Shown: positions 19,424 to 29,457, numbered from the stretch's first letter. The stretch is DNA of 64,000 nucleotides from a bacterium (GCA_030647555.1 JAUSJG010000008.1:1467-65466), one strand, 5' to 3'. Made by a program: numbers and translations. Notes: generated by a model from the sequence alone, not told the origin.

Positions 19424-20299
19424 TCACGCTGTCGCATCTGCTCCTGATGTTATCTCTGAAAGTTCCTGGGTAATCGCTGCTTGACGTACTGTGTTGTATG
19501 TCAATGAGAGATCATCCATAATATCGCTCGCGTTATCAGATGCATTTTTCATGGCCATCATCCGCATCGCTTGTTCAGAGGCGATTGCTTCCAGGTTGGC
19601 TTGATAAATTTGCATTTCAATAAGCCTGGGAAGAATGAATTGAAGAACAAGTTCCGGTGACGGCTCAAAAGCGGTGTCTTCATTGATGTTCATCTGGATT
19701 TTTGACGGAGCCAAAGTTGCCGGGTCGATTGGCAGGATTGTGTGCAAGGTCGCGGTCTGGCGAATGGTGGAGACATAGTCGGTGAATAAAACACCGACGC
19801 GATCGATTTGGCCTTCGGAAAAAAGATTAATTGCCGTGGAGGTAATTGGTCTCAAATCAACTGTGGTTGGTTCGCTTGGCCAATTGGTGTAAAGACCAGT
19901 AAGTTCGATACTATCTTTTATTTTACTGACAAACTGTCCGCCTTTTTGTCCAATGATAATCGTCTTAACTTTAATCGTTGGATTTTCTTCAATGTGGCTG
20001 ATTAGTTTTCGAAAGATATTACCGTTGTAGGCGCCGGCCAAGCCACGGTCGCTGGTAAACACAATCAACAGTTCACTTACGACTTCGCGCTTGGCAAAGA
20101 GCGGGTGCAGGTCGCCGGAAACAATCTTGCGTAGACGGTGCAGTGCTTCTCGCGCCGTGTAGGAGTACATTCGGGAGCGCAGAGCCGCTTCTTGGCAACG
20201 GTGCAACTTACTGGCGGCCACCATTTGCATCGTTTTAGTAATCTGGTGAATATTTTTCACCGATTTTATGCGACGGCGGATGGATTGCGCTTTGGCCAT
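19424..20299 (-). CDS. atpG: F-type ATP synthase gamma subunit
   Basis: Position between atpA and atpD. Typical length of about 290 aa. N- and C-terminal coiled-coil helices. Confidence 0.85.
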   Translation of the reverse strand: MAKAQSIRRRIKSVKNIHQITKTMQMVAASKLHRCQEAALRSRMYSYTAREALHRLRKIVSGDLHPLFAKREVVSELLIVFTSDRGLAGAYNGNIFRKLISHIEENPTIKVKTIIIGQKGGQFVSKIKDSIELTGLYTNWPSEPTTVDLRPITSTAINLFSEGQIDRVGVLFTDYVSTIRQTATLHTILPIDPATLAPSKIQMNINEDTAFEPSPELVLQFILPRLIEMQIYQANLEAIASEQAMRMMAMKNASDNASDIMDDLSLTYNTVRQAAITQELSEITSGADATA

Positions 20300-20338
20300 G
20301 ACGGGGAATTATGAATGACGAATGATGATTGATGAGAA

Positions 20339-21886
20339 TTACGCGCTGTTGGAAGTAGCTGTGAAATTTTTGGCTACTTCTTTTGCTGTTACCAATACCT
20401 TTTCCTTATCTTCGTCCGGCCAATTACCATTTTTCTCCAGATTTTCTAACACTACCTTATGGGCACTTTGAACGGCTTCGAAAATCGCTATTTCCGCTTC
20501 TTTTACTTTTTCCACCGCAACGGTATCAAATACGCCTTTTGTGGCAGAGAGTAATACAACGGCTTGTCTGCTCAAACTTTCCGGGGCATATTGTCCCTGT
20601 TTGAGAATTTCCGTTAAGCGTTTTCCCCGTTCGATACGACTAACGGTGTCCGGGTCCAAATCGGTGGAGAGTTGGGCGAAGGCCGCTAATTCACGATATT
20701 GCGCTAATTCCAAACGGAGGCTTCCGGCAACGGATTTAATCGCTTTTGTTTGCGCGGAACCACCGACACGGGAGACCGATAAACCGACGTTAATGGCCGG
20801 GCGTACGCCTTGATAAAACAAATCGCTTTCCAAATAAATCTGACCGTCCGTAATGGAGATGACGTTGGTTGGAATATAGGCCGAAACGTCATTGGCTTGT
20901 GTTTCAATGATTGGCAACGCCGTTAATGAACCGCCACCGTGTTCGGCAGAAAGTTTGGCGGCGCGTTCCAATAAGCGAGAATGGAGATAAAACACATCAC
21001 CCGGGTAGGCTTCACGTCCTGGTGGGCGACGAAGAAGTAATGAAAGTTGACGATAGGCCCAGGCGTGCTTGGAAAGATCGTCATAAATGATCAAGGCATC
21101 TTTGCCGTTATCGCGGAAATATTCACCCATGGCGGCGCCGGCATATGGAGCGATGAATTGCAGAGCGGCGGGATCAGATGCGGACGTCATAATAATAATC
21201 GTGTTTCCCAAAGCACCTTCCTTGCGGAGACGATCGACAATGCGGGCAACGGTGCTTTGTTTTTGGCCGATGGAAACGTAAATGGAAATGACGCCACTCT
21301 TTTGACGACTTTGATTAATTATCGCATCGATGGCCAAGGCAGTTTTTCCGGTTTGGCGATCACCAATAATTAATTCGCGCTGGCCGCGACCAATCGGAAT
21401 CATGGCATCGACGGCTTTGACACCGGTCATTAATGGTTGTTTCACGGATTGTCGGGCGAGTACGCCCGGAGCGATTTTTTCTACCGGGCTGGTAATGGTT
21501 GTTTTGATTGGACCTAAACCGTCCAGGGGTTTTCCAAGCGGATCAATAACACGACCGACCAATTCTGGGCCCACCGGTACTTCTAAAATTTTTCCGGTCA
21601 AGCGTACTTTTGCGCCGGCTCTAATATAACGGTCTTCACCAAGGAGCACAGCGCCGATTTGGTCTTCTTCGAGATTTAAAGCGAAAGCGTAAATTGATTC
21701 CTTTTCGTTTTCCGTCTCGATTAAGATCATTTCGTTGTAACCGCAATTCATCAAACCATAAATCCAGACAATACCATCCGAAACTTTCGTGACAATACCT
21801 GTTTCCGAAATTTCCGGCTTCGTTTTTAAGTCATTAATAGCGGATTGAAGTTCTGCGGTTAAGTCGGCGAGTGATAGATTGGTCAT
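20339..21886 (-). CDS. atpA: F-type ATP synthase alpha subunit
   Basis: [18 protein letters not shown] Walker A. Length 515 aa. Confidence 0.95.
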   Translation of the reverse strand: MTNLSLADLTAELQSAINDLKTKPEISETGIVTKVSDGIVWIYGLMNCGYNEMILIETENEKESIYAFALNLEEDQIGAVLLGEDRYIRAGAKVRLTGKILEVPVGPELVGRVIDPLGKPLDGLGPIKTTITSPVEKIAPGVLARQSVKQPLMTGVKAVDAMIPIGRGQRELIIGDRQTGKTALAIDAIINQSRQKSGVISIYVSIGQKQSTVARIVDRLRKEGALGNTIIIMTSASDPAALQFIAPYAGAAMGEYFRDNGKDALIIYDDLSKHAWAYRQLSLLLRRPPGREAYPGDVFYLHSRLLERAAKLSAEHGGGSLTALPIIETQANDVSAYIPTNVISITDGQIYLESDLFYQGVRPAINVGLSVSRVGGSAQTKAIKSVAGSLRLELAQYRELAAFAQLSTDLDPDTVSRIERGKRLTEILKQGQYAPESLSRQAVVLLSATKGVFDTVAVEKVKEAEIAIFEAVQSAHKVVLENLEKNGNWPDEDKEKVLVTAKEVAKNFTATSNSA

Positions 21887-21890
21887 TTGG

Positions 21891-22280
21891 TTATACTAAA
21901 GCTTTTAGTTGATGAAGTGGACGCGCAAGCGACGCGTCAATTTCGATTGTTGGGGTTTCGACTTTGAAACCACCCACTAGCTGTTTGTTGATTTTATGCT
22001 TTAAGTGAACAGACTTGGCTGACGTGAGGTTTTTTAACAGATACTCGATTTCTGCGTTTAGTTTTTCCGTGAGTGGAAAGACTGTTTCCAGTATGCCAGT
22101 TAGTTGGCCGTGTTTCTGAAGCATTTGACTACCGATTTCGCGTATAATTACTTCCACTTCGTTTGTGCGTTTTTCTTTAATGATGGCTTCCGCCAAGATT
22201 GGTAAAACTTCTTTAATTGGGTGTTTTTCCAACAATGCCAAGGTCGCGACGGCTAATTGTTTGCGGGAAAAACGTTTCAT
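21891..22280 (-). CDS. atpH: F-type ATP synthase delta (OSCP) subunit, short form
   Basis: Position in the operon. C-terminal GGFKVE...IDASLA pattern. Confidence 0.6.
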   Translation of the reverse strand: MKRFSRKQLAVATLALLEKHPIKEVLPILAEAIIKEKRTNEVEVIIREIGSQMLQKHGQLTGILETVFPLTEKLNAEIEYLLKNLTSAKSVHLKHKINKQLVGGFKVETPTIEIDASLARPLHQLKALV

Positions 22281-22843
22281 TACGCGCGGTTTTCAGTGAT
22301 ATTCGTTTCGGCAATCGCTTCTTTGATGATGTTGTGATCAGCCGAAGAATCTAATTTGCGATTCAAAACCCTTTCGGTTGCTTGACTGATAAATAAGGCC
22401 GCTTCACTGAATAAAGATTTTCGCACCTGCTCGGCTTCGTGAACTATCTTGGCGTTGGTTGCCGTCAGGAGTTGATTATCCCGTTCGGCGGATTTTTGTT
22501 CGGCCGTCGCCAGAATTTCGACGGCCTGTTTTTTGCTTTGTTCTAAAATACCCCGGGCTTTTAGATGAGCATCTTTTAGAATCGTTTCTTTTTCTTTTTC
22601 CAACGATGTTTTAAGATGTTCGATATCCTTGGCGTTTTTTAGACTTTCTTCAATCTTTTTGTGGCGTTTTTCCAAAACATCCAAAATCGGTTTGTAGGCA
22701 AATTTCTTTAAAACCAAAAGAAGAATCGCGAAATTGATAATTTGAAAAACAAGACTGCGCAGGTCAATACCTATCGCGCCAATACCGCCGGAAGCAGCCA
22801 CTTCCGCGGCTTTTTCTGAGGCTTGGGCAATTAGTACAAACAA
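22280..22843 (-). CDS. atpF: F-type ATP synthase subunit b
   Basis: Single N-terminal TM helix plus a long charged coiled coil. Confidence 0.7.
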   Translation of the reverse strand: MFVLIAQASEKAAEVAASGGIGAIGIDLRSLVFQIINFAILLLVLKKFAYKPILDVLEKRHKKIEESLKNAKDIEHLKTSLEKEKETILKDAHLKARGILEQSKKQAVEILATAEQKSAERDNQLLTATNAKIVHEAEQVRKSLFSEAALFISQATERVLNRKLDSSADHNIIKEAIAETNITENRA

Positions 22844-22868
22844 GGAATCGTCTATTAGTGGTTAGCGA

Positions 22869-23096
22869 TCAAACGAACTTTAAGATGAGCGCGATGACCA
22901 AGGAATAGATGGCGATAGCTTCGGCGAAAGCGACGACTAAGATCAAAACTGTTTGTAATTTACCGGCGGCTTCCGGATTACGACCAATGGCGTCCATGGC
23001 GTGCGAGCCCATCAAACCAATCGCGAGGGCAGGCATCGCGCCACCCAAGAGAATAGTGAGACCCGGCATTACTACTTTCATTGTTTCTGCGTCCAT
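22869..23096 (-). CDS. atpE: F-type ATP synthase subunit c
   Basis: 75-aa hairpin proteolipid, GRNPEA...AFAEAIAIYSLV. Confidence 0.85.
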   Translation of the reverse strand: MDAETMKVVMPGLTILLGGAMPALAIGLMGSHAMDAIGRNPEAAGKLQTVLILVVAFAEAIAIYSLVIALILKFV

Positions 23097-23135
23097 TTTT
23101 TTGTACTTAATAATAAATAATTGACTCGCGTTTGT

Positions 23136-23897
23136 TCAGTGGCCAACTGACGCTTCGGCATGATTATATTCCGAATGATCGGTTGTGGCAATCGCCAGAA
23201 AAACCAAAGTGAGCATTGTGAAAACAAGTCCCTGAACCAATCCGACGAAGAGTTCTAAGCCAAAAAATGGCAACGGCGCGATCAGGGGTGACAAGAAAGC
23301 GATTACCGCCAATAAAACTTCGCCGGCGAAGATGTTGCCGAATAACCGGAAGGAGAACGAAAACATTTTAGAGAATTCACCGACTAATTCCAATATTCCC
23401 ACAAATGTCATAATCGGGTTCAAACTGAAGTATTTTTTTAGATGTTTTGCGACACCGAGTTCGCGGGCGGCATAAATTTGCGTCATTACGACCGAAATGA
23501 TTGCCAGGGCGAGAGTCGTATTTAGGTCGGCGTTGGCGCCACGAAACAGGGGGGCAAGACCTTCTTTAGTCATAACCGTGATTGAGCCTACTCCAGGTAA
23601 TAGGCCAAGCCAGTTGTTAATGACAATAAAAATAAAAATTGTCATCAAAAAAGGGAAATACTTTAGCGCTTTTTTGCGATCATGAAAAACTTCATCGACA
23701 AGGTCCAAAATCATCTCGCAAATCGCTTCAATCATGTTGGCAAACTTGCTTTTCGGATGAAGAGTGACTTTTTTGGCCGCCGAAATAAAAAGGCCAATAA
23801 TTACCGCGCTTCCAACGACACCCGTAATCAGGGAGTTATTAATAGGTAAGCCAAAAATGTGATAAAGCGGTTCGGCGGCGAGAGAAATATTAATCAT
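23136..23897 (-). CDS. atpB: F-type ATP synthase subunit a
   Basis: Polytopic. Conserved Arg-containing helix FRLFGNIFAGE. Confidence 0.85.
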   Translation of the reverse strand: MINISLAAEPLYHIFGLPINNSLITGVVGSAVIIGLFISAAKKVTLHPKSKFANMIEAICEMILDLVDEVFHDRKKALKYFPFLMTIFIFIVINNWLGLLPGVGSITVMTKEGLAPLFRGANADLNTTLALAIISVVMTQIYAARELGVAKHLKKYFSLNPIMTFVGILELVGEFSKMFSFSFRLFGNIFAGEVLLAVIAFLSPLIAPLPFFGLELFVGLVQGLVFTMLTLVFLAIATTDHSEYNHAEASVGH

Positions 23898-24169
23898 ATT
23901 CCGTTGATTTTGTTTAATTGCTTAATTTTACGGCCAATCGTGATTGTCGAAACGGTAATCGCTAATAAAATTCCCACGATCATAAACAGTGGGGTAGTGG
24001 CTAGTTTTTTATCGACCCAAATGCCGGCGACAATAGTGACAAGGAGTGGAACGGCAATAATAAAACCCAATTCGCCGACCATCCCGGCCAGTGTGGCAAA
24101 ATTAAACAAGGCTTTAGTATTTTTTTCCGATTTTTCGGTATTTCCAGGGTTCAAATCAGGCTGATTCAT
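23894..24169 (-). CDS. AtpZ/AtpI-like small membrane protein heading the atp operon
   Basis: 91 aa with two TM helices. Overlaps the atpB start by 4 bp. Confidence 0.5.
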   Translation of the reverse strand: MNQPDLNPGNTEKSEKNTKALFNFATLAGMVGELGFIIAVPLLVTIVAGIWVDKKLATTPLFMIVGILLAITVSTITIGRKIKQLNKINGI

Positions 24170-24228
24170 GGGTATTTAGGCGCCTTCAGTTTACCTGTCA
24201 GTCTCAAAATAGTCAACGAATTTTTTTT

Positions 24229-24282
24229 ACCTGGACCACATTCCAAGTGGACCAACCTTGGTCCACTTGGAATGTGGTCCAG
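24229..24282. repeat. perfect 25-bp-stem palindrome upstream of the atp operon
   Basis: cctggaccacattccaagtggacca acc ttggtccacttggaatgtggtccagg. Confidence 0.6.
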
Positions 24283-24300
24283 GTTTGGCAGTCTTGGTAC

Positions 24301-24335
24301 AAAAAACACCCTCGGACCGGTTTGGTCGGAGGGTG
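24301..24335 (-). terminator. rho-independent terminator for 24365..24787
   Basis: Minus strand reads caccctccgaccaaaccggtccgagggtg followed by tttttt. Confidence 0.65.
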
Positions 24336-24364
24336 GGGATTAGCTTGGCTTCCCCCTCGTAGTC

Positions 24365-24787
24365 TCATGTAGATTGAATTTCGATAGTCACGACTTCGAA
24401 TTGGTCTTCATCAACCTCGAACGATACAATCAAGTCCGTTGGTGTATGGGAGGGTTCAATTGGCTTCGTCAAATTCAGCTCAACGCCGTCGCGATTCCTA
24501 AACATGCGAAAGTCATGAATTTGACCGTCATAACCGATTTCCACGAGTGGCAACTTTCCTGCGGGTGCTGACAAGAGTGTGACGCTGTTTATGTGGCCAT
24601 TTATTGGGTGGTAAAGTCGAGTGTCTTGGCCTGCCGTGCAGGAGAAACTTGTTCCATCGTTCAGGATCAGTGCAAATTTGCCGCCCCACTTATCCTGTAT
24701 TTTCTCTGCGTTCCATGAACCCCAGACGAAGCAGGTGAGAACCGTGAATACACAGATAACCAAACCGATAGAAACGTAAGTCCACAT
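24365..24787 (-). CDS. hypothetical membrane-anchored protein
   Basis: Start moved to the internal ATG (MWTYVSIG...), which is preceded by an aagggg RBS. The upstream Cys-rich extension in the track is unlikely to be coding. Confidence 0.45.
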   Translation of the reverse strand: MWTYVSIGLVICVFTVLTCFVWGSWNAEKIQDKWGGKFALILNDGTSFSCTAGQDTRLYHPINGHINSVTLLSAPAGKLPLVEIGYDGQIHDFRMFRNRDGVELNLTKPIEPSHTPTDLIVSFEVDEDQFEVVTIEIQST

Positions 24788-24929
24788 AATTAGCCCCTTA
24801 TTCATTTGTTGAGCACAGAACAACCAACAACGACCGACACCACAACATAATATAGTTACCCAAAAATTGCAACCGATCAGGGTCGGACCCTGATAAGCTT
24901 CATCATTCATCAATCATTATTCATCATTC

Positions 24930-24969
24930 GCAAAAAGAAACAGCCCCTCGGGGCTGTTTTCTTTTTGCT
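24930..24969 (-). terminator. rho-independent (bidirectional-type) terminator downstream of 24977..25267
   Basis: aaacagccccgaggggctgttt, with T-runs on both sides. Confidence 0.65.
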
Positions 24970-24976
24970 TAATGAA

Positions 24977-25267
24977 TTAAGCGCGGTCTTTCTTAAAGCA
25001 GTTTAAGCAATAGACCGGGCGACCTTCCGTAGGACGGAAAGGCACCTGTGTGGCTTGGCCACAAGCGGCGCAAGTAGCGTCAAACATTTGACGATCGCCT
25101 CTTGGTGCTCCAGCTCCACCACGTTCTGGTCTGTTTCCACGTTCCTTTTTAAAGCACTCGTTGCAATAAACCGGTCTGTCGCCAGACGGTTGGAAGGGAA
25201 CTTGGGTTTGTTGTCCACAGCCTGAGCACGTTGCATCAAACATAGGACGATTTGGATCTTGGTTCAA
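24977..25267 (-). CDS. tandem zinc-ribbon protein (two CxxC-x~18-CxxC units)
   Basis: Repeated module MFDATCxxCGQxTQVPFxPxxxRPVYCxxCFKK, twice in 96 aa. Confidence 0.55.
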   Translation of the reverse strand: MNQDPNRPMFDATCSGCGQQTQVPFQPSGDRPVYCNECFKKERGNRPERGGAGAPRGDRQMFDATCAACGQATQVPFRPTEGRPVYCLNCFKKDRA

Positions 25268-25516
25268 AGAGAATTCACCTACTTTCGTTTCGTAAATATA
25301 ATCGAGGTTTTTCCTTCGCTCTAACGCTATGGACGCTCTCGACCTTATCTACGCTTTTCGAACTCTCTTTTAACCGAGATCGCTAGTACGTTTCTTTGGT
25401 CTGCTACGTCTGCTATTTGAGGAGTATTTACCCCGTGACGAAAATATAGCATAGGGGGTGGAAAAAAGCAAATTGACAATGAAAACCCTGAGACCAAGCA
25501 ATACCTATCATCCTTA

Positions 25517-25650
25517 AAATTATCAATTTTCAATGACCAATTATCAATTAATTATCAATTAATTATCAATGCTTAAATTATCAAACTTCGGCCGTTGCAT
25601 TTGAAAATTATAAAAATTGATCATTAATTGATAATTGAAAATTGACCATT
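25517..25650. mobile_element. MITE-like element, family 2, copy b
   Basis: aattttcaatgaccaattatcaat ... attgataattgaaaattgaccattgaaaatt. Confidence 0.65.
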
Positions 25651-25779
25651 GAAAATTTTACATGGTTATTTTTTGGGAGAATTTGAATATTCATATTTGT
25701 TCTATCTTCATGTAATTTGTCTTATACTTACCTTGTCCTTTTCCACAACCGAATAGGAACCGTTTGAAAGGAGCTGACG

Positions 25780-26397
25780 TTGATTTGCGACGTATTGCAT
25801 CGTCGTGATCTTTACGCACTTTCGAAACCCCCAACCAGAGAAAGGAGATCAAGAACAAATGTTCATCACATTTACGCCATATCGAGGTTTCCCCACTTAC
25901 GTCACGCGCAGTGGAATCGTGTTCGTTGTGATCCGGTAGCGCACGAGTTGTTGCATATGGTGTTTGGCAACAGAACGCCGGAGGAAAGTACGGCCCTTGT
26001 TCGTCGATATTTCAGGCTGGTTGAGGGCCGGATGGGCGAGCAGGCTATTCAACATTTGGCGCGAAAATATTGGCCATGCCTTCAACAGCACTCAAGTGAT
26101 CCGACAAGTTTGTGGATCGGCAAAAGTCAATGGCGTGACTTGCTTCGCGGGAATACTGAAAAGGAGTATTTGATCGCTGTTTTTGGAAAGAGTTTGCCAT
26201 GGAAGATTGTTCGCTGGATTGTCCGTTTGGATGAACTGGTTGGACGACGAAGCGAATCCGAGATGATTAAGCATCTCGCGCGAACTTTTTGGAACGGCAT
26301 GCAGTTGGATTGCGCGCGAAAGCCGGCAAAGAAACGTATTAAACCGCGAAAGTATCATCGGTTTCACCGGCCGTGTCGGGTGTTCGCCAGAGCTTAA
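25780..26397 (+). CDS. hypothetical Arg/His/Trp-rich protein with HNH-nuclease-like motif, in GC-rich islet; TTG start after aaaggag RBS
   Basis: VHHIYAISRFPHLRHAQWNRVRCDPVAHELLH fits the HH-x~15-N-x4-C-x4-H-x3-H core of HNH nucleases. C-terminal internal repeat xIxHLARxxW. Followed by a terminator. Confidence 0.4.
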   Translation: MICDVLHRRDLYALSKPPTRERRSRTNVHHIYAISRFPHLRHAQWNRVRCDPVAHELLHMVFGNRTPEESTALVRRYFRLVEGRMGEQAIQHLARKYWPCLQQHSSDPTSLWIGKSQWRDLLRGNTEKEYLIAVFGKSLPWKIVRWIVRLDELVGRRSESEMIKHLARTFWNGMQLDCARKPAKKRIKPRKYHRFHRPCRVFARA

Positions 26398-26424
26398 CCT
26401 TCCCTTGAGGAAGGTTTTTTTTAC
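26396..26424 (+). terminator. rho-independent terminator
   Basis: aaccttcccttgaggaaggtt followed by tttttttt. Confidence 0.65.
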
Positions 26425-26496
26425 CATCATTAATATCATTCGCGCTTGCGCGAATATAACTAATGTCGGTAACCCCTCATAGCTCCGCGCGTTTCG

Positions 26497-26540
26497 CGGA
26501 GCGACGTGGCCGCCCATCTGGGCGAGCTTCGCCCTGAAGG
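26497..26540. repeat. GC-rich REP-like hairpin unit (family 3)
   Basis: gccgcccatctgggcgagcttcgccctgaagggcgggg. Confidence 0.55.
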
Positions 26541-26547
26541 GCGGGGA

Positions 26548-27081
26548 TTATTCAATACAACAGTCGATCGCTTTTTTGACCAGTGCACCCAACTTTCCCA
26601 TAAAACCGGATTTTTCTTGGTCGTGTTTGTTGACGGCTTGGTCATCGATTTTTTTCACGTCGCCAATATTTATCACATTTAAATTGATGCCCCAGAACAG
26701 GGAATATAAATTATAAGACTTGCGGAATAAGTCATAAGCATCTTCTTTTTTGCCCATCGATTGTTGTTTGGTGCCCACCTCAAAAAGGCGCATTGAGGCA
26801 GCGAGCAAGTGTTTACTGATGCACCAAACCTCGCCTTCCGGATTTTTGACAATTTTCTTTAATAATTCTTTGCGCATTTCGCGCACTTCGCTGATCATAT
26901 CGAAATATTCTGTTTTTTCGGTTTTATTGCCCGAAAAAAGCAGATGCTCTTCGATGCTGACGAGATTCATAATCGCGATACTCAAATCTTGATCGGACGA
27001 AAGGTCCATTTTTTCCTGCTTTTTCATATTGTCGACTTTTTCGATAAACGCGTTTATTTTTTCTTGGTTATTTTGGTCCAT
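26548..27081 (-). CDS. hypothetical protein
   Basis: 177-aa ORF, charged and helical. No motif recognised. Confidence 0.45.
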   Translation of the reverse strand: MDQNNQEKINAFIEKVDNMKKQEKMDLSSDQDLSIAIMNLVSIEEHLLFSGNKTEKTEYFDMISEVREMRKELLKKIVKNPEGEVWCISKHLLAASMRLFEVGTKQQSMGKKEDAYDLFRKSYNLYSLFWGINLNVINIGDVKKIDDQAVNKHDQEKSGFMGKLGALVKKAIDCCIE

Positions 27082-27090
27082 AGTCGCGAA

Positions 27091-27597
27091 TTATTTAGTG
27101 ATAATATAAAAAACAAAACTGATAATTAGTAGTGTCGCAATCGGTGTGACTACTTTTTGAAAAGGGAAATAGGCATGTCCGTTGTTTTTGTTCTTTAGAT
27201 ATCCGTAATAAGCATTACCGAGCGTGAAGAAAATTGTGCCGATTGTCATACCGAGCAATATTTTATCAAATCCCCAAAGTTTATTGATGGGGTGTCCGAT
27301 AAAATTGCTCCAGCGAAGTGATATTAAGATTAAAATATAATACGCTAAAAAGGTGAGGATGTTTCTCGCTGGGAACTTAATATTTTTCCTTTGAAACCAA
27401 TTGATGTTCCAGATGATGATGGATAATGTTAATCCGCCGATCCAAATGCCGGTAATAGAGTCGTCGATGCCCAGCCAGCGCGAAAAACCTACGCCGGCAC
27501 CAACAGCAACGACGCACACGGGACAGACGGCGTAGACGGAAAAGGGAACGAGTGCTAAAACAAGAGACGCGGGGAGAAGTTTTGTAAAATTTTTCAC
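27091..27597 (-). CDS. polytopic membrane protein with CPVC motif in first TM (possible VKOR/DsbB-like thiol oxidase, speculative)
   Basis: VYAVCPVCVVAVGAGVG. Four or five TM helices. Adjacent to a thioredoxin-fold gene. Confidence 0.4.
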   Translation of the reverse strand: MKNFTKLLPASLVLALVPFSVYAVCPVCVVAVGAGVGFSRWLGIDDSITGIWIGGLTLSIIIWNINWFQRKNIKFPARNILTFLAYYILILISLRWSNFIGHPINKLWGFDKILLGMTIGTIFFTLGNAYYGYLKNKNNGHAYFPFQKVVTPIATLLIISFVFYIITK

Positions 27598-27599
27598 GG

Positions 27600-27983
27600 C
27601 TATTTTATTCCTGCTTTATCTTTAAAAAAGTTGATTGTTTGGTCTTGGCCCTGAATACAGGCTTTTCCGTCCCAAAGGAACGGGACGCCGATCGCGTCGG
27701 TCGCTAATCCGCAGGTTTTGGCGACTTCTGCCAATTCCTTGGCATTGGCCTGATTGTTATAAACTTCTTTTTCTTCAAAGGTCACTTTTTCCTTTATTTT
27801 ATTATCTTCGATAAACTGCGCGACAATTTTGCAATGCGGACATGTGTCGCCAAAATAGAGAACTATTCCAGTGGGAATGCTCGGTTCCGGTGTGGTCGTG
27901 TTTGGTTGGTTGGTTTTCCACCACATTGATCCGCCAATAATTACTAAGGCTACGACGATAATCCAGAGGGTTGGGTTTTTCAT
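27600..27983 (-). CDS. membrane-anchored thioredoxin-fold protein (CPHC active site)
   Basis: N-terminal TM, then YFGDTCPHCK in a thioredoxin-like context. Confidence 0.6.
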   Translation of the reverse strand: MKNPTLWIIVVALVIIGGSMWWKTNQPNTTTPEPSIPTGIVLYFGDTCPHCKIVAQFIEDNKIKEKVTFEEKEVYNNQANAKELAEVAKTCGLATDAIGVPFLWDGKACIQGQDQTINFFKDKAGIK

Positions 27984-28001
27984 AATATAATATATTTAGA
28001 A

Positions 28002-29246
28002 TTATTCATAACGCAAGGCTTCGATTGGGTCTTTTCGCGCCGCTTTACGTGCGGGGTAGATTCCAAAAACCAGTCCCACGACCCCAGCCATTCCTACACC
28101 CAGTATGATAGCAGATAATGGTAATTGGAAGGGCCAAGCGAGACCGAACCGCGCTTTTAACACAACCGAAGTAATAAACGCTAAGCTTATGCCGAGTATT
28201 GTACCAGATGCGCCACCGCTGACCGTAAGAATTACCGCTTCCAGTAAAAACTGTCTTAAGATGTCGCTGTTTGTAGCACCCAAGGCCTTGCGTAAGCCAA
28301 TTTCCCGGGTGCGTTCCGTGACCGAGACAAGCATAATATTCATAATGCCGATACCGCCTACAACCAATGAAATAGAAGCAATCATTGCGAGAAAAACCGT
28401 TAACGCCTGTGTAATTGTGCTCAAACGGTTCACAACGTCCTTTTGAGTCATAGCGTAAAAATCATCTTTTTCAGGATCAATAATGTTATGCATATCGCGC
28501 AAAGTTGTCTTGATGTCGCTGGCTGCCAGATCAACGTTTGCGCCGTCTTTGATGCTCACGAATACTGTATGAAAAAAATTAATGCCCAAAATATCTTTTT
28601 GCGCTGTTGAATAAGGTAACAGAACAAGTTCATCTACGTTAAAAACGGAAACTTGACCCAAGTTGGGCAATACACCAATTACACGTATATTTTGGTCGCG
28701 GATTTTAATAAATTTCCCCACTGCATCAGATTGACCAAAAAGTTTTTCACGGACAGTGGCACCAATTACCGCCACTTTGTTGCGCTGTAAAATATCATCG
28801 TCGGAAAAAATGGTACCTTCAGATGGAGAAATTTGAAACATTTCCGTTAATGCGCTTGATGTCCAGCCGAGAATTGTCGGACGGTAAGAGTTTTCCTGAT
28901 AAGTAACAGCACCGGTGACCAAGACGGATGGGTCAACAGAGGCGACATCAGGTACATTTATAGGATTACGCAGGGCGTCGATTTCTCGTTGTTTTATTGA
29001 ATTGGAGAGGACAGTCTCGGTGGCTTGGTTGGGGTTGGTCGGCTGGCGACCAGGATGCAACATAATGATGTTTCCGCCAAAACCTTTTACCTGGTCGAGA
29101 ATCAGGCCTTGGGCACCTTGACCAAGAGCGACGACTAAAACAATCGCCATTACGCCGATGATAATGCCGAGAATCGTAAGAAGAGAACGGGCAAGGTTCG
29201 TTCTTAAACTGTGAAATGCTGTTTTGGTGATGGTGATTATGTCCAT
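28002..29246 (-). CDS. ABC transporter permease, MacB/FtsX family
   Basis: N-terminal TM, large periplasmic domain, then a C-terminal 3-TM FtsX domain. Confidence 0.8.
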   Translation of the reverse strand: MDIITITKTAFHSLRTNLARSLLTILGIIIGVMAIVLVVALGQGAQGLILDQVKGFGGNIIMLHPGRQPTNPNQATETVLSNSIKQREIDALRNPINVPDVASVDPSVLVTGAVTYQENSYRPTILGWTSSALTEMFQISPSEGTIFSDDDILQRNKVAVIGATVREKLFGQSDAVGKFIKIRDQNIRVIGVLPNLGQVSVFNVDELVLLPYSTAQKDILGINFFHTVFVSIKDGANVDLAASDIKTTLRDMHNIIDPEKDDFYAMTQKDVVNRLSTITQALTVFLAMIASISLVVGGIGIMNIMLVSVTERTREIGLRKALGATNSDILRQFLLEAVILTVSGGASGTILGISLAFITSVVLKARFGLAWPFQLPLSAIILGVGMAGVVGLVFGIYPARKAARKDPIEALRYE

Positions 29247-29302
29247 TGTTGAAGCAAGAAGTTGATTTAAATAGTGAAACTACGCGCACAACACAGCTTT
29301 TT

Positions 29303-29451
29303 TGTATATCGTATTTGGTATATGGTATATGGATTTAGTATGTTGGGATGTGTCGTCAAGTTTTTCGATGAAATTAACTTTAAAATGTAATACTTAATTT
29401 TGACGGATATTTTTCTGAACCCCATATACTATATACTAAATACCACATACA
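29303..29451. mobile_element. MITE-like element, family 1, copy 3 (between ABC permease and ATPase genes)
   Basis: tgtatatcgtatttggtatatggtatatggattta ... ccccatatactatatactaaataccacatacaa. Confidence 0.7.
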
Positions 29452-29457
29452 AAAATA

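Noticed and set aside
25268-26430. Group I or II intron, or retron, hosting the HNH ORF
   Set aside because: No reverse transcriptase or maturase gene was found. No domain V-like (GAGC...GAAA...GTTC) hairpin or group I P7 motifs were recognised by eye. No interrupted host gene such as rRNA or tRNA is evident.
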